This document shows positions 1 to 13,846 of a DNA stretch of 53,697 bases, piece by piece. The translations under genes were made by a program, and so were the position numbers. The notes below the pieces were generated by a model. That model did no database searches. It had not been told where the DNA came from and was given only the letters and a program-made list of their open reading frames with translations. Origin of the DNA: Prorocentrum cordatum (lineage: Eukaryota). Position 1 is the first letter of the stretch. Each line of letters opens with the position of its first letter. The stretch lies in NCBI GenBank assembly GCA_963575745.1, contig CAUYUJ010000298.1, forward strand, positions 62,001 through 115,697, read 5' to 3'.

Positions 1-1719
1 TTACTACTGAAACACTTGGACCAACCTACTTCATTTCGACATGAAAAAAATGTTCAATTTTTCAAGAAATGCCTCCAGAAGCTCTCTTTTTGGACTCTGA
101 GCTCTCGGGGAGCTCTACAGGGTTCCCGGCAGTGACCAGGTTGACGGTTCACCGCCGGCGCCAGTTGGTTGACCCGATCAGAAGGGACAAACTGATAACT
201 TTTGGGTGGTTTTGCGAAAATTTGAAAGATATTTGACCATTTATTTCAAGAAAGCAGAATTTTACGCGTAGCATTAGTATCTAAACTTTATTCTGAAAGC
301 AGATCAGCTCTCTGCAGAAAGTTTTACAATTCGAAAATGAGCGGGAACCGACGTCGGAGTTACATCGAAAAATAGAAAGTTGACGTTTTTCGAGAAAGGC
401 CTGGAGAAACTGTCTGCTTCGATTCTGAGCACGGTCCACGAAACGAAGATGCAAAATTTGAAAAACAGATTTTTCGATATTTTTCTTTCACGCTTGAGAA
501 AGCTTCTTTCGTGTGCTTCGAGCAGCGCCGCGCGAGAACAGAGCTCTACGAGGCTCCCGGCGGTTACCTGGTTGACGGTTTACCGCCGGATCCAGTTGGC
601 CGACCCGACCAGAAGAGACAATGTGGCATTTTTGGGTCGGTTTTGCTAATATTTGAAAGATATTTGACCATTCATTTTGAAAAAGCAGATTTTTACGCCG
701 ATTATTTTTCTGCTTTCAATCTAAGCACTCTTACGCGTGGAAAGAGCTCTACGAGGTTCCCGGCGGTGACCAGGTTGACGGTTCACCGCCGGCGCCAGCG
801 CCTCGTAGAGCTCTTCGGCATCGATGAGCTGGAGGAATTCCGGCGCGGGGTGGAGCTGGTACCTCGTAGAGCTTTTCGACATCGATGAGCTAGAGGAATT
901 CCGGCGCGGGGAGCTAGTTGATCGACCCGGCCAGAAAGGACAATGTGGCAACTTTGGGTCGTGAGAGCTCTGTAGGCGCACTTTTACTTTCGAAACACTT
1001 GGCGGAACCAACTTTATTTTGAGATGGAAAAAACTCAATGTTCAATTTTTTTCGAAAAATGCTTCCAGAAGCTCTCTCTTTCGGCCCTGAGCACTCTCAC
1101 GCGTGAAAGGAGCTCTACGAGGCTCCCGGCGGTGACCAGGTTGACGGTTCACCGCCGGTGCCAGTTGGCGGACCCGGCCTTAAGAGACAAAGTGGTGACT
1201 TTGGGTCGGTTTTGCTTCGATTTAAAAGATATTTGACCATTCATTTTGAGAGACCAGATTTTTCGCACCTGTAGTTGGTTATGCCGCGTCTGCCAGTCAA
1301 ATTCTCAGGCCCGTCTGTGCAGTATTACTATCAAAACACTTGGAACCGACTTGGATAAAAACAGAAAGACGTTTTTTTTTTGTTTCTCGATTTTTTCGTT
1401 TCTCGCTCTGGAAGCCTTCTTCATGTGTTTCGAGAAGCGCAGTGTGAGAAAAGAGCTCGACGAGGGTCCCGGCGGCAACCTGGTTGACGGTATACCGCTG
1501 GTTCCCAGTTTCGGCGTGCTGGAGAGCTAGTTCGCGAAAAGCTTCCAGAAGCTCTCTCTGTCGATTCTAAGCACTCTCACGCGTGGAAGGAGTTCTACGA
1601 GGTTCCCAGCGGTGACCAGGTTGACGGTTCACCGCCGGCGCCACTTCCGGCGGGCTGGAGAGCTAGTTGGCAAGAAAAATCTCGACGGACCTTCTGGTGA
1701 CTTTTGGTCGGTTGAAAAT

Positions 1720-2516
1720 ACCTCGTAGAGCTCTTCGTTATCGATGAGCTAAGAGGAATTCCGGCGCGGGGTGGAGCTAGTACCTCGTAGAGCTCTTCGT
1801 TATCGATGAGCAAGAGGAATTTCGGCGCGGGGTGGAGCTAGTTGGTCGACCCGACCAGAAAGGACAAAGTGGCAACTTTTGGGTGGTTTTGCGAATCTTT
1901 GAAAGATATTCGACCATTTATTTTGAGAAAACAGATTTTTTGCACCCGTGAATGACTATGAGGGCCTCTGCGTCTTTTCATGAGATCTTTAGGCGCACTT
2001 TCACTATCAAAACTTGGCGGAACCAACTTCATCTCGACTTGAAAAAAATGAATGTTCAATTTCTCGAGAAATGCCTCCAGAAGCTCTCTCTTCCGACTCT
2101 GAGCACTCTCACGCGTGGAAGGAGCTCTACGAGGTTCCCGGCGGTGACCAGGTTGACGGTTCACCGCCGGCGCCAGTTGGTCGACCCGACCAGAAGAGAC
2201 AAAGTGGTAACTTTTGGGTGGTTTTGCGAATATTTGAAAGATATTTGACCATTTATGTTGAGAAAGCAGATTTTTTACGCTTAGCATTTGTATCTAAACG
2301 TTATTCTCAAAGCAGCTCAGCTCTCTGGAGAGAGTTTTACTATCCGAAAATGAGCGGGAACCGACATCGGAGGGACATCGAAAAATGGAAAGTTGATGTT
2401 TTTCGAGAAAGGCCGCGAGAAGCTGTCTGCTTCGATTCTGAGCACTTTCGTGCCTGCAAGGAGCTCTACGAGGTTCTCGGCGGTGACCAGGTTGACGGTT
2501 TACCGCCCGCGCCAGT
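1720..2516 (+). mobile_element. Family B element with a second complete B copy (1782-2177) nested inside
   Basis: Starts ACCTCGTAGAGCTC, ends hairpin+GCCAGT. Outer flanks rejoin as GTTGAAAAT|TTTGTT, inner flanks as GCTAGT|TGGTCGAC; both T|T with no TSD. Confidence 0.85.
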
Positions 2517-5500
2517 TTTGTTTTCAAATTTCAACCATTCGTTAGAGCTCTAGCGTGATATTCGATCTTATTCCCGCTTGCCGTCTTGCCTTTTCATGCC
2601 CAAGAGCTGAGAGCTGAGCTGCTCACAGAAGGGAGTTTCGCTGCCAGGCCTCTCGATGCAACAGACGCAAGCGCCTGGTGATACTGAATCAGTTTATGTG
2701 CGTACCAGCTCTGTAGCTGCTCTGAGTCTTGAGATGAATACAGAAAACCGGTATCACTGGTGAAGATCACTGGAATAACACAAATAATTTTACGGACCTA
2801 GCTCGAGTAGCAGACCAAGTTCGGGCCTCTGGATGCAACAGGCGAACGCGCCTGATCATTCTGAATCGGTTTCTGTAATTATCAGCTCTGTAGCTCTCGA
2901 AATCTCGAGTTAAGCACAGAAAACCGCGCACGCGTGTGAAGATGACTCGGAACGCAGTTGGTTCCAGCAAGTCTTTTGATAGTAATATTGCAGCTACGGA
3001 CCTGAGAATTTAACTGGCAGACGCGGCATAACCCACTACACGTGAGAAAAATGCCGGCTCTCAAAATGAATTGTCAACTATCTTTCAAATCAAAGCAAAA
3101 CCGACCCAAGGATATCACATTCTCTCTTTTGGTCGGGTCGGCCAACTAGCTCCATCCCGCGCCGGAATTCCTCTGGCTCATCGATGCCGAATAGCTCTAC
3201 GAAGCCTAGCTCCAGCCCGCGCCGGAATTCCTCTAGCTCATCGATGACGAAGAGCTCTACGAGATATTCCTCCAGCTCATCGATGCCGAAGAGCTCTACG
3301 AGGTACCTCGTAGGGCTCTTCGCAAGATGAGCTAAGAGGAATTCGGGCGCAGGGTGGAGCCAACTAGACCCGGCAGAGACAATGTGTTAACTTTGGGTCA
3401 GTTTTGCAATCTTTGCGAAAAAAATGTAAACTCGTTTTTTTTCTCACGTGTAATGGGTTATGCCGCGGATGCCAGTTAAATTCTGAGGTCCGTAGCTGCA
3501 ATATTACTATCAAAACACTTGCTGGAACCGACGGCCGCTTCGAGTCATCTTGACACGCATCGACGGTTTTCTATACTTATCTCGAGATTTAGGACAGCTA
3601 CAGAGCTGACAGGAACCGATTGGAAATTATGAGGCGCGTTTGTCTGTCCATCTAGAGCTCTGAGCTCGGTCTGGTGCTCGAGCTAGGTCCGCAAACCTAT
3701 TTGCATTCTTCCAGTGATTTTGACGAGTGCTACCGTCTTTTGATGCAAACATAAAACGTGATTTTTCGAGTTTTTGGGTCTTGCTCCAGAGTTTTCCTGC
3801 ATATGCACCGAGGAGCGCCGTGCGAGAAAAGAGCTCTACGAGGACCCCGGCGGTAACCTGGTTGACGGTTTACCGCCGGTTCCAGTACTGGCACCGCCGG
3901 TGAACCGTCAACCTAGTCACCGCCGGGAACCTCGTAGAGCTCCGTACACTAATAAGAGTGCTGAGAATCGAAGTAGAGGCATGAAATACAGATTTTTCGA
4001 AAATCTTGATTTTCGATTTTCGATGTTCATATTCGCTCAGTTCCCGGAAGTCAATTCATAAGAAAATACATCGGGAGAGCTGGGCTGCTGTCAGAGAAGA
4101 GTTTATATGTCAATGTGACGCGCAAAAATCTGCTTTCTCAAAATGAATTGTTAAATATCTTTCAAATTTTCGCAAAACCGACCAAAAGTCACCAATTTGT
4201 CCGCCCCGGCCGGGTGGGCCAACTGGGCGCCGGCGGTAAACCGTCAACCTTCCTTACCGCCGGGGGACTCGTAGAGCTTCCTGACAATATATAATGTGGA
4301 AAAAATGTAGAGAACGAATCGTTTTTTTGCCCAGGCGATTTCAGACCTCTCGATCCAACAGCCGAACACCCCCAATACTTTTGGATTGTCCTGTTTACGA
4401 GCTCTGTAGCTCTCCTCGAGTTACGTGCGTAAATCGACAGCACCACTCAAGATCACTCTACAAAACGAATAGGTTGGAAACCCAGCTCGAGTATCAAACC
4501 GAGTTCAGACCTCTGAATGCGACAGGCGGACGCATCTGATGTCGGTGAATCGATTCCTGTGACTACCAGCACTGTATCCCCCCTACAGCCCCAGTTAAGT
4601 ACAAAGAACCGACAGCACCTCTCAGGATGACATACAATAGTTTCGCGATTCTAGTTCGGGCAGCAGACCGAGTTCCGAGCTCTGGATTCGACAGACGGAC
4701 GCGCCTGATGTCTTCAAATCGATTCTTGTGACCACCAGCACTGTAGCCCCCCTCAGCCCGAGTTGGGTGCAGAAGACCGAGAGCACTTCTCAAGATGACT
4801 CGAACAATACGAATGGTTTCGCGATTCTAGATCGGGCAGCAGACAGAGTTCAGAGCTCCGGATTCAACAGACAACTACCCTGATGATTATGAATCGGTTT
4901 CTGTCCAATCAGCTCTGTAGCTGCCCTGTAGCTCGAGTGAAGTCGGAAAATCGAGAGCGTCTGTCAAGATAACTCGAATAATACGAACAGGTTTGCGGAC
5001 CTAGCTCGGCTAGCAGACCGAGTTCAGACCTCTGGATTCAACAGACGAACGCGCCTCATCATTCTGAATCGATTAGCTGTGCTCACCAGCTCTGTAGCTG
5101 TCCTAAACCTCGAGTTATCTACAGAAAACCGTTATCTCGTGTCGAGATGACTTGAAACGGCCGATCCCGCTCGTGTGCTTTTTGGCAGTAAAAGATACCC
5201 GATCGAGGTGAGATCAAGATGGCGAGCGGGAATAAGATCGAATATCATGGGAAAAAATACTAGAGCTCAAACGAATTGTTGAATTCCGAGAACAAAATTT
5301 TCAACCGACCAAAAGTCACCAAAAGGTCCGTCGAGATTTTTCTTGCCAACTAGCTCTCCAGCGCCCCGGAATTACTCTTAAGCTTCCAGCAACTGGCACC
5401 GGCGGTGAACCGTCAACCTGGTCACCGCCGGGAACCTCGTAGAGCTCCTTTCACGCGTGAGAATGCTCGGAGTTCAAAGAGAGAGCTTCTGGAGGTATTT

Positions 5501-6825
5501 TTCGAAAAAGGCAAAACTGATTTTTTTCATGTCGACATAAACATGATTCCTCCAAGTGTTTTGATAGTAAATGTGCGCCTACAGAGCTCATATTAAGACG
5601 GAGAGGCCCTCATAATCGTTTACAGGTGCGAAAAATCTGCTTCCTTAAAATGAATTGTCAAATATCTTTCAATTTTTTGCAAAACCACCCAAAAGTTACC
5701 ACTTTGTCCTTTCTGGCCGGGTCGACCGTCTGGACGCCAGCGGTAAACCGTCAACCTTTCTCACCGCCGGGGGACTCGTAGAGCTTCCTGACAATATATA
5801 ATGTCGAAAAAATTGCAGAGAACGAATAGTTTTTCAGCCCAAGCGATTTCAGACCTCTCGATGCAACAGCCGAACGCCCCCCGATGCTTCTGGAGTGTCT
5901 TCTGCACGAGCTCTGTAGCTCTCCTACAGCCCGAGTTACGTGCGTTAATCGACAGCACCTCTGAAAATGACTCGAACAAAACGAATAGTTAGGCAAACCC
6001 AGCTCGAGTATCAGACCGAGTTCAGAGCTCTAAATGCGACAGGCGGACGCGTCTCATGTCTCCGAATCGATTCCTGTGACTACCAGCCCTGCAGCCCCCC
6101 TACAGCCCGAGTTAAGTGCAGAAAGCCGACAGCATCTTTCAGGATGACACGAACAATACGAACAGTTTCGCGGACCGACCTCAGGCAGCAGACCGAGTTC
6201 CGAGCTCTGGATTCCACAGGCGGACGCGGCTGATGTCTTCAAATCGATTCTTGTGACCACCAGCACTGTAGCCCCCCTATAGCCCGAGTTAAGTGCAGAA
6301 AACCGACAGCACCTCTCGAGATGACTCGAACAATACAAACAGTTTCGCGATTCTGGATCGGGCAGCAGACCGAGTTCAGAGCTCTGGATTCAACAGACAA
6401 ACGCGACTGATGATTCTGAATTGATTTCTGTAAGTATCAGCTCTGTAGCTGCCCTATAGCTCGAGTTAAGTACAGAAAACAGAGAGCGCCTGTCAAGATG
6501 ACTCGAATAATACAAACAGGTTTGCGGACCTAGCTCGGCTAGCAGACCGAGTTCAGACCTCTGGATTCAACAGACGAACGCACCTGATCATTCTGAATCG
6601 ATGAGGTGTGCTTACCAGCTCTGTAGCTGTCCTATATCTCGAGTAAAGTTCAATATACCGACAGCGCGTATCAAGATGACTCGAAACGGCCGATCCCGCC
6701 GCAGTGCTTTTTGGCAGTAAAAGCTACCCGATCGAGCTGAGATCAAGATGGCGAGCGGGAATAAGATCGAATATCACGGGAAAAAATACTAGAGCTCTAA
6801 CGAATGGTTAAATTTCGAGAACAAA

Positions 6826-7200
6826 ACTGGCGCCGGCGGTGAACCGTCAACCTGGTCACCGCCCGGAACCTCGTAGAGCTCTTTCCACGTGTGAGAATAC
6901 CCAGAATCGAAGCAGAGAACTTCGCAGTGAATTTTCTTCAAATCTTCAACTTTCAATTTTGCACGTTAATCTGAGGTCTGGTTTTTGGCTTCGCTCAGAA
7001 GAATTTGTCGACGGAATGAGCTAAGAATTCGAGAGACATTTTCTGTGATGTAAAGCTTCGCTCTGCGCGAATTGTTAGAGCTGCAAAACCGGCTGAGCCA
7101 GGCGGATGGTATGATCGCGTCCCTCTTCGACATTTGGTCAACTAGCTCCACCCTGTCGCCGAATTCCTCTAGCTCTCTTACCATGAGAGCTCTACGAGGT
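6826..7200 (-). mobile_element. Complete family B non-autonomous Helentron-like element (375 bp)
   Basis: ACTGGCGCCGGCGGT...ACCTCGTAGAGCTC to GAGCTCTACGAGGT; flanks rejoin to GAGAACAAA|ATTTTCAACC as in uninterrupted family A copies. Confidence 0.85.
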
Positions 7201-7252
7201 ATTTTCAACCGACCAAAAGTCACCAAAAGGTCTGTCGAGATTTTTCTTGCCA

Positions 7253-8322
7253 ACTGGGCGCCGGCGGTAAACCGTCAACCTTTCTTACCGCCGGGGGACT
7301 CGTAGAGCTTCCTGACAAGATATAATGTGGAACAAAAACTGCAGAGAACGAATAGTTTTCCAGCCCAAGAAATTTCAGACCTCTCGATGCAACAGCCGAA
7401 CGCCCCCGATGCTTCTGGATTGTCTCCTTTACGAGCCCTGTAGTGCGAATCGACTCCTGTGATTACCACCCAGCCCGAGTTAAGTGCAGGAAACCGACAG
7501 CACCTCTCAGGATGACTGGATGACTCGAGCAATACAATAGTTTCGCGGACCTAGTTCGGGCAGCAGACCGAGTTCCGAGCTCTGGATTCGACAGGCGGAC
7601 GCGCCTGATGTCTTCAAATCGATTCCTGTGACCACCAGCACTGTAGCCCCCCTCAGCCCGAGTTGAGTGCAGAAAACCGAGAGCACTTCTTAAGATGACT
7701 CGAACAATACGAATAGTTTCGCGATTCTAGATCGGGCAGCAGACCGAGTTCAGAGCCCTGGAGTCAACAGGCAAATGCGACTGATGATTCTGAATCAGTT
7801 TCTGTAAGTATCAGCTCTGTAGCTGTCCTATAGCTCGAGTTAAGTACAGAAAACCGAGAGCGTCTGTCGAGATGACTTGAATAATACGAATAGGTTGCGG
7901 ACCTAGCTCGGCTAGCAGACCGAGTTCAGACCTCTCGATTCAACAGACGAACGCGCCTCATCATTCTGAATCGATTAGCTGTGCTCACCAGCTCTGTAGC
8001 TGTCCTAAAGATCGAGTTATGTTCAGAAAACCGTCATCGCGTGTCAAGATGACTTGAAACAGCCGATCCCGCCAGTGTGCTTTTTGGCAGTAAAAGGTAC
8101 CCGCTCGAGCTGAGATCAAGATGGCGAGCAGGAATAAGATCGAATATCACGGGAAAAAATACTAGAGTTCAAACGAATTGAGGAATTTTGAGAACAAAAT
8201 TTTCAACCGACCAAAAGTCACCAAAAGGTCCGTCGAGATTTCTCTTGCCAACTAGCTCTCCAGCGCGCCGGAATTACTCTTAAGCTTCCAGCAATAACTT
8301 GCTAAGGGAAGCTCTACGAGTT
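7253..8322 (-). mobile_element. Family A non-autonomous Helentron-like element with both termini and internal 178-bp repeats (1070 bp)
   Basis: SubTIR pair CTCGTAGAGCTTCC / GGAAGCTCTACGAG; flanks rejoin to CTTGCCA|ACTAGCTCTCC. Confidence 0.85.
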
Positions 8323-9021
8323 ACTAGCTCTCCAGCGCCCCGGAATTACTCTTAAGTTTCCAGCAACAACTGGGCGCCGGCAAACCGTCAACCTTTCTCA
8401 CCGCCAGGGGACTCGTAGAGCTTCCTGATAATATATAATGTCGAAAAAGATTGCAGAGAACGAACAGTTTTTCAGCCCAAGCGATTTCAGACCCCTCGAT
8501 GCAACAGCCGAACGCCCCCGAGCTCTGTAGCTCTCCTACAGCCCAGGTTACGTGCGTAAATCGACAGCATCTCTCAAGATGACTCGAACAATACGGATAG
8601 TTTGGCACACCTAGCTCGAGTATCAGACCGAGTTCAGATCTCTGAATGCGACAGGCAGACGCGTCTGATGTCTCCGCATCGATTCCTGTGATTACCAGCC
8701 CTGCAGCCCCCCTAAAGCCCGAGTTAAGTGCAGAAAACCGACAGCACCTCTCAGGATGACTCGAGCAATAGGAATAGTTTCGCGGACCTCGTTCGGGCAG
8801 CAGACCGAGTTCCGAGCTCTCGATTCGACAGACGAACGCGCCTGATGTCTCCGAATCGGTTCCTGTGATTACCAGCACTGTAGACCCCCTATAGCCTGAG
8901 TTAAGTGCAGAAAACCGACAGCATCTCGCAAGATGACTCGAACAATACGAATAGTTTCGCGATTCTAGATCGGGCAGCCGACAGAATTGAGAGCTCTGGA
9001 TTCAACAGACAAACGCGACTG

Positions 9022-9417
9022 ACTGGCGCCGGTGGTGAACCGTCAACCTGGTCAACGCCGGGAACCTCGTAGAGCTCCTTGCACCCGTAAGAAAGCTCAG
9101 GATCGAAGCGGAGAGCTTCTTGCAGCTTTTCTAGAAAAACGTCAAATTGAGATTTTCGGAGTAAAGATGTAGTCCGTTCCCGGAAGTCAACAAATACTAA
9201 AACTGGCTCCAGAGAGCTGAGCTGCTCAGGGAACCAAGCTCATATGCCAATGCTCGGCGTAAAAATCTGCTCTCAAAATGAAATGTGAACTATCCTTCAA
9301 ATCTGAGCAAAACCGACCCAAAGTCATAACTTTGTCCTTTCTGGTCGGGTCGATCAACTAGCTTCACCCCGCGCCGGAATTTCTCTAGCTCATCGATAAC
9401 GAAGAGCTCTACGAGGT
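9022..9417 (-). mobile_element. Complete family B element (396 bp) inserted in a 178-bp monomer
   Basis: Both termini present; flanks rejoin to CGCGACTG|ATAATTCTGAATC. Confidence 0.85.
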
Positions 9418-9935
9418 ATAATTCTGAATCGGTTTCTGTAAGTATCAGCTCTGTAGCATTTCTATAGCTCGAGGTAAGTGAAGAAAACCGAGAGCGCCTG
9501 TCAAGATGATTCGAATAATACGAATAGCTTTGCGGACCTAGCTGCTGGCAGACCAAGTTCAGACTTCTGGATGCAACAGACGAACGCGCCTGATCATTCT
9601 GGATCGATTCGGCGTGCTAATCAGCTCTGTAGCTCTCCTCTATCTCGAGTTAAGTACAAAATACCGAGAACGCGCATCAAGATGACTCGAAACAGCCGAT
9701 CCCGCCAGTGTGCTTTTTGGCAGTAAAAGGTACCCGATCGAGCTGAGATCAAGATGGCGAGCAGGAATAAGATCGAATATCACGGGAAAAAATACTAGAG
9801 TTCAAACGAATTGAGGAATTTTGAGAACAAAATTTTCAACCGACCAAAAGTCACCAAAAGGTCCGTCGAGATTTCTCTTGCCAACTAGCTCTCCAGCGCG
9901 CCGGAATTACTCTTAAGCTTCCAGCAATAACTTGC

Positions 9936-10294
9936 ACGACGCGATCTGTGGCCATCCCCTTGGTCATCTGCTTGGTCGCCTTGGGTGGCACACGGTCCCT
10001 GGTTGCCTTGGAGCCGAATCGATGAAGCCAGACTCCAACCATGGGTTTCCAGACTCTGCTCCTGGTTTTCTTGGGGATCGTTTTGAGGTACTGGGTGAAC
10101 GCCCTGCTCCGTTGTTCGTAGATTTTCTCGGCTAGCAGGAAGTCGCAACCGTCGTGAAATATATCCTCTTTCTGGCTGCCTCTAGGCCAACGCACGTAGA
10201 CCCCAGGTTGCCACGACATGTCCACAGGCTTGGGCTTGATCGGAGTCTTCATGAGATCATCCTCGAACAAGTCTTCTTTCGAGACACTCGCCAT
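9936..10294 (-). pseudogene. Hypothetical gene, 3'-truncated by the island/repeat junction
   Basis: GCCATGG start at 10294 (MASVSKEDLFEDD...); the frame runs into repeat DNA at 9935 without its own stop. Confidence 0.45.
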
Positions 10295-10789
10295 GGCAAG
10301 TCCACGGGGCCGCGTCTGCCGCCGCCTGGCCGAGTAAAGGCAAGCAACTGACCATTTGGGCCGAACATCCACGGATGCAACATCATGCAAGCGGTTCCCG
10401 AGATCAAGCTGACAGATCTGATGGGTTGCCTCTCCCGAGTCGGACGTGGGAGGACGCAGCAAGCGACATTGTCTTAATCGTAGCCGCAAGGCTTCACGAA
10501 AAAACTCGGAGTCCTGAAACATGCCTCTCCAGGCTGACCGATCAAGACTCGCCGAGTGAGGGTGGAAGAGGTGAGGGAGGCAGGTGGTGATCTGAACCAG
10601 GAGTGAGAGAAGAAGAGAAAAACAAACGTATCCACCCTCATCTCTCTGGAGGTTGCGTGCCCCTGGTCTGGCACGCGCTGTCTCGTTAACGGCTAGGAGG
10701 TGTTGGCATACAAAACGTATCACAAGTAACACCTCGCTAGCTTCCCCATGCGCGTAGTGACCAGGCTCTCGCAGGCTCAGGGCGCGTCC

Positions 10790-13315
10790 TCACGCTGCCC
10801 CGAGCGCCAGGCTGATCGCCTTCATGGTCGCGTCAGCCCCGAACTCCTCCATCGCCTGCTCCATGGTCGTCTTGATGAGGATGCGCTCCTGCTCGGCGGC
10901 GTCCGAGCGCACGAACGACCAGCGCATGCCCTCGCACGGCTCCTCGCTGACAAGGAAGCCGATCACCAGGAAGCCCGCCGGGATGATCTGGAGCGTCCCA
11001 GGCTCAGATTTGAAAGCGAAGCCATGCGACCTCACCAAGCCGAAGAAACACTCCACGCTCATCTGACCAACTGCTTTCACTTTCTCCACCAGGGAAACTG
11101 GCAGGACCGCAGAGAGCTTCACACCGAATAGCACTTCGCTCCCCTGTAACGTGAGGCGACCCTCTGGCAGGCAGTTCGGAGTCAGCGCCACCTGGGACCA
11201 CTCCTTCGTGTTGTGCCAGAACTGCATGTTGAAGGCGCTGTTGACCGCCTCGGTGCCCCCGACCTTGTTAAACGTCCTGGCGTCGATGGCAGCCCTGGCA
11301 AGCTTCGAGATCGCAGCGGCCGCCTGAGCGCTCACGATGTCGCTGTTGGCGCCGACGAGCCCGTTCTTCTGAATGTAGTTGCTCACCCAATTGCTGTGCG
11401 ACTTGTAGTAGGGGAGCTGGATCACCTTGTCGGCGATGGCCGCCTTCAAGAGCGCTGGCTCGGTCCCGACGGATGCGCCAACCTCTGTGGCGAAGTACCC
11501 TGCGATCAAGTTCGAGCCGACGTGGTGCTTGAACTCGTCGCCCGCGCTCTGCACGGAGTGACGCAGCCTGCTGGAGCTCGCAAAGAAGCCCCCATCCCCG
11601 GGAGGGGAGGGGGAGGAGCTCGGGCAAGGGAACAAGTTGGGGCGAAAGAACGCCAGGTAGCTAATGGGCTACAAAGGTGGAGGAGGAGGAGGAGAAGGAG
11701 GAGGAGGAGGAAGATATCGGGCAGGGGGAGGACGAGTAGGAGCAGGAGGAGCAGGAAGGAGAAGGGGAGGACGCGCAGGAGGAGGGGCAGGAAGAAGTGG
11801 AGTGAGAGGGAGGTGAGGAGGAGTTGGAGGATGAGGAGGAGATCAGATGAGACGGAGAATAGTAGGAGGCTCTAGCTTCATATGGTGGAGGAGGAGTTGA
11901 AGGAGGGGAAGGAGGAGGAAACGAGAAGAGGATGAACCTATTGGATGCAAGCCACTTGGCCTGGGGATGATCTGATGCTCGCGGCTCATCTTGTCCGCCA
12001 GGTGCTCTGAGCGAAGAGCGGCCGCGCTCTGGCTAGCCTTGCTCTTCCTGGCCATGTCAGCAGCCTTGGTGTAGTCCCTGACCTTGTCGGTGAGATCCTT
12101 CAACCTCTCCACGAACGATTTGGTTGTCTTGTTGAATAGCTTCGGCGTTGTCCACTTCTGCTTCTCCTCGGCCATCGCCTTCACCATCTGCTTGAACTCA
12201 TCCTCAGTAGACGGCTTCTTCAAGGCTGACCATTCAGCAGTGGCGGCATCGCTCTCCGTCTTGAGAGTAGTGAAGGCGAGGCGGCACGCCTCTGCAGTCT
12301 CGGTCATCTCCTTGGTGTTATCCGTGGTCATGTCCTCCAAGCCGAGCGACTCGGCAATGGCAGTGTCCATCTTCTCGCGCTTCGTAGTAACAGACGCGAT
12401 CACCACAGCACTCTGTTTAGAAACCTCTGCATCCCACGCCAGCTGCAAGACCATCTTCGAGCGCTCCTTCTTCTCGCTGGGCTTCGTCGGGGTCCTGGAC
12501 TGCTGCTCCTCAACGCCATCCCCCTGTTCCCTCTGCGCCTGCATCGCGAGGTCGTGCTGGCACGCTGCGAGGAACTTGGCGTCGTGTACCTGGGCCGTGA
12601 CCTCGCCCTCCACGGGAGCGTAGGGCATCTGCTCATCTCCCGGCGTAGCAATGGTCGGAATGATCGAAGAGCTCGTCCTCGCCCATTTTTTGCTTGTGTC
12701 GGTAGCCTCCGAAGCGAGCTTGCCCAGCTGGTCGGCGTTCTCCGCCACGCTCTTGCGCTTGATGGAGGTCGTGATCTTCTTCGACTGGCCCGACTTCACC
12801 TCGACGCCCTCGAACTCCCCGATGCACCACTGACCCCTCACGTACATCTTCATCGTGTCAGGGTCATCCAGGACACGCTTCCACTCCGTATCCCACTGCT
12901 GCTGCGTCCAATCCTTCTTTGACGGGTCCTCGACGATGCGCCTGCCCTGCCACGTGGCCCTCGGGACGTACTTATCAATCTCAGTGGTCCCTTTCTTCTT
13001 GATATCGGACTCGGAGACAGACACCTCCAGGTCACCCGAATCGAACGCACTGTTCTTCTTTCCCTTGCGGTCCCTGTAAAACCTCACCTTCTCCTCTTTG
13101 GACTTCTTCTTGAAACTATCCATCATCTTCCTGCGCTGGAGGTTGCGATCCGTGTTGCAGCAATCAGTGCACTTCCTTTTGTCAAAGGGCTTGTCCTTGT
13201 TAACTGGGTACGACATGCTGATGGTCGTGGGGTCCTCGCACTTCTCGCACACGTACTCCACCACGGAAGAGGTGGCGCCCTGAACAGAGCCACAGTCGGA
13301 GGCCGCCGAGGCCAT
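10790..13315 (-). CDS. Two-exon hypothetical protein with N-terminal CxxC...CxxC zinc-finger-like motif and central coiled coil
   Basis: GCCATGG start at 13315; CEKC...CTDC; exon 1 to about 11961 (CCCAG|GC donor), low-complexity intron, exon 2 from about 11598 to stop at 10790. The expected acceptor reads GG rather than AG, so splicing or integrity is uncertain. Confidence 0.6.
11676..11932 (+). repeat. (GAG/GGA)n purine-rich low-complexity tract in predicted intron
   Basis: Directly visible. Confidence 0.9.
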
Positions 13316-13846
13316 GGCGATCACGGTGTCGCTCGGATCGCTGAGGTAGGGGCCAAGGTTCAGATGCGCCAGGGCATGAACGGCTATGTGCTTGATTCTG
13401 AAACCTACGTAGAAGACAGCACTGGAAAGTAACGGGAGCGCTCGGCAGACCGAGTCAAGACACCTACTAAGGAATGCGCTGCCCACAACCCAGGCACAGA
13501 ACGCTGCAGCGGGAGCACTGGCCTCATACCACTGGATACAGACTGGGATGGACGAGTGCGCGAAGCGCTTGAATATTTATGGTGCTGTTGTGTACATAAT
13601 TAAACTATGACCGAAGAGCGTTGGCGTACGTATGCGCTGTAGTATGCATTGCTGTGTGTACGTGTGTTGCTGCCTTGTTACCTGCATTGACGAATGGTTG
13701 TGTACGCATGATGCTGGTTTTGTCCTGGCCACCTCGAACAGAACGTGATATCAAGCTGGCCGCCATGATGATGCCTAATCGGCAAGGTCTCTTTTGTGCA
13801 GGCAACGCAGGCACATGGGCAATGGGCCTGAACTGGCCAATAAAAT

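Larger units (their letters stand above)
1..9935. mobile_element. Nest of non-autonomous Helentron/Helitron2-like elements (families A, B, C), left block
   Basis: Recurrent terminus ACTGG(G)CGCCGGCGGT-AAACCGTCAACC..-ACCGCCGG followed by CTCGTAGAGC, and the opposite terminus GCTCTACGAG(G/T)T. Hairpin end is 3' on + for most of 1-3886 and 3' on - from 3887 onward. Removing inner copies restores the outer copies exactly. Confidence 0.8.

Noticed and set aside
7253..8322. Classical MITE interpretation
   Set aside because: The inverted repeats are asymmetric and subterminal, and there is no TSD.
1..9900. Many 60-185 aa ORFs in the repeat blocks (also 23800-26330 and 32900-53200)
   Set aside because: They are translations of the same non-coding repeat, with stops and frames differing between copies and no domain motifs.
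11213..11875. Plus-strand Arg-rich ORF, other antisense ORFs over the island and LINE, and the poly-Pro/Ser part of the minus-strand ORF at 17100-17270
   Set aside because: These are shadows of GC-rich minus-strand coding sequence or translations of (GAG)n tracts.
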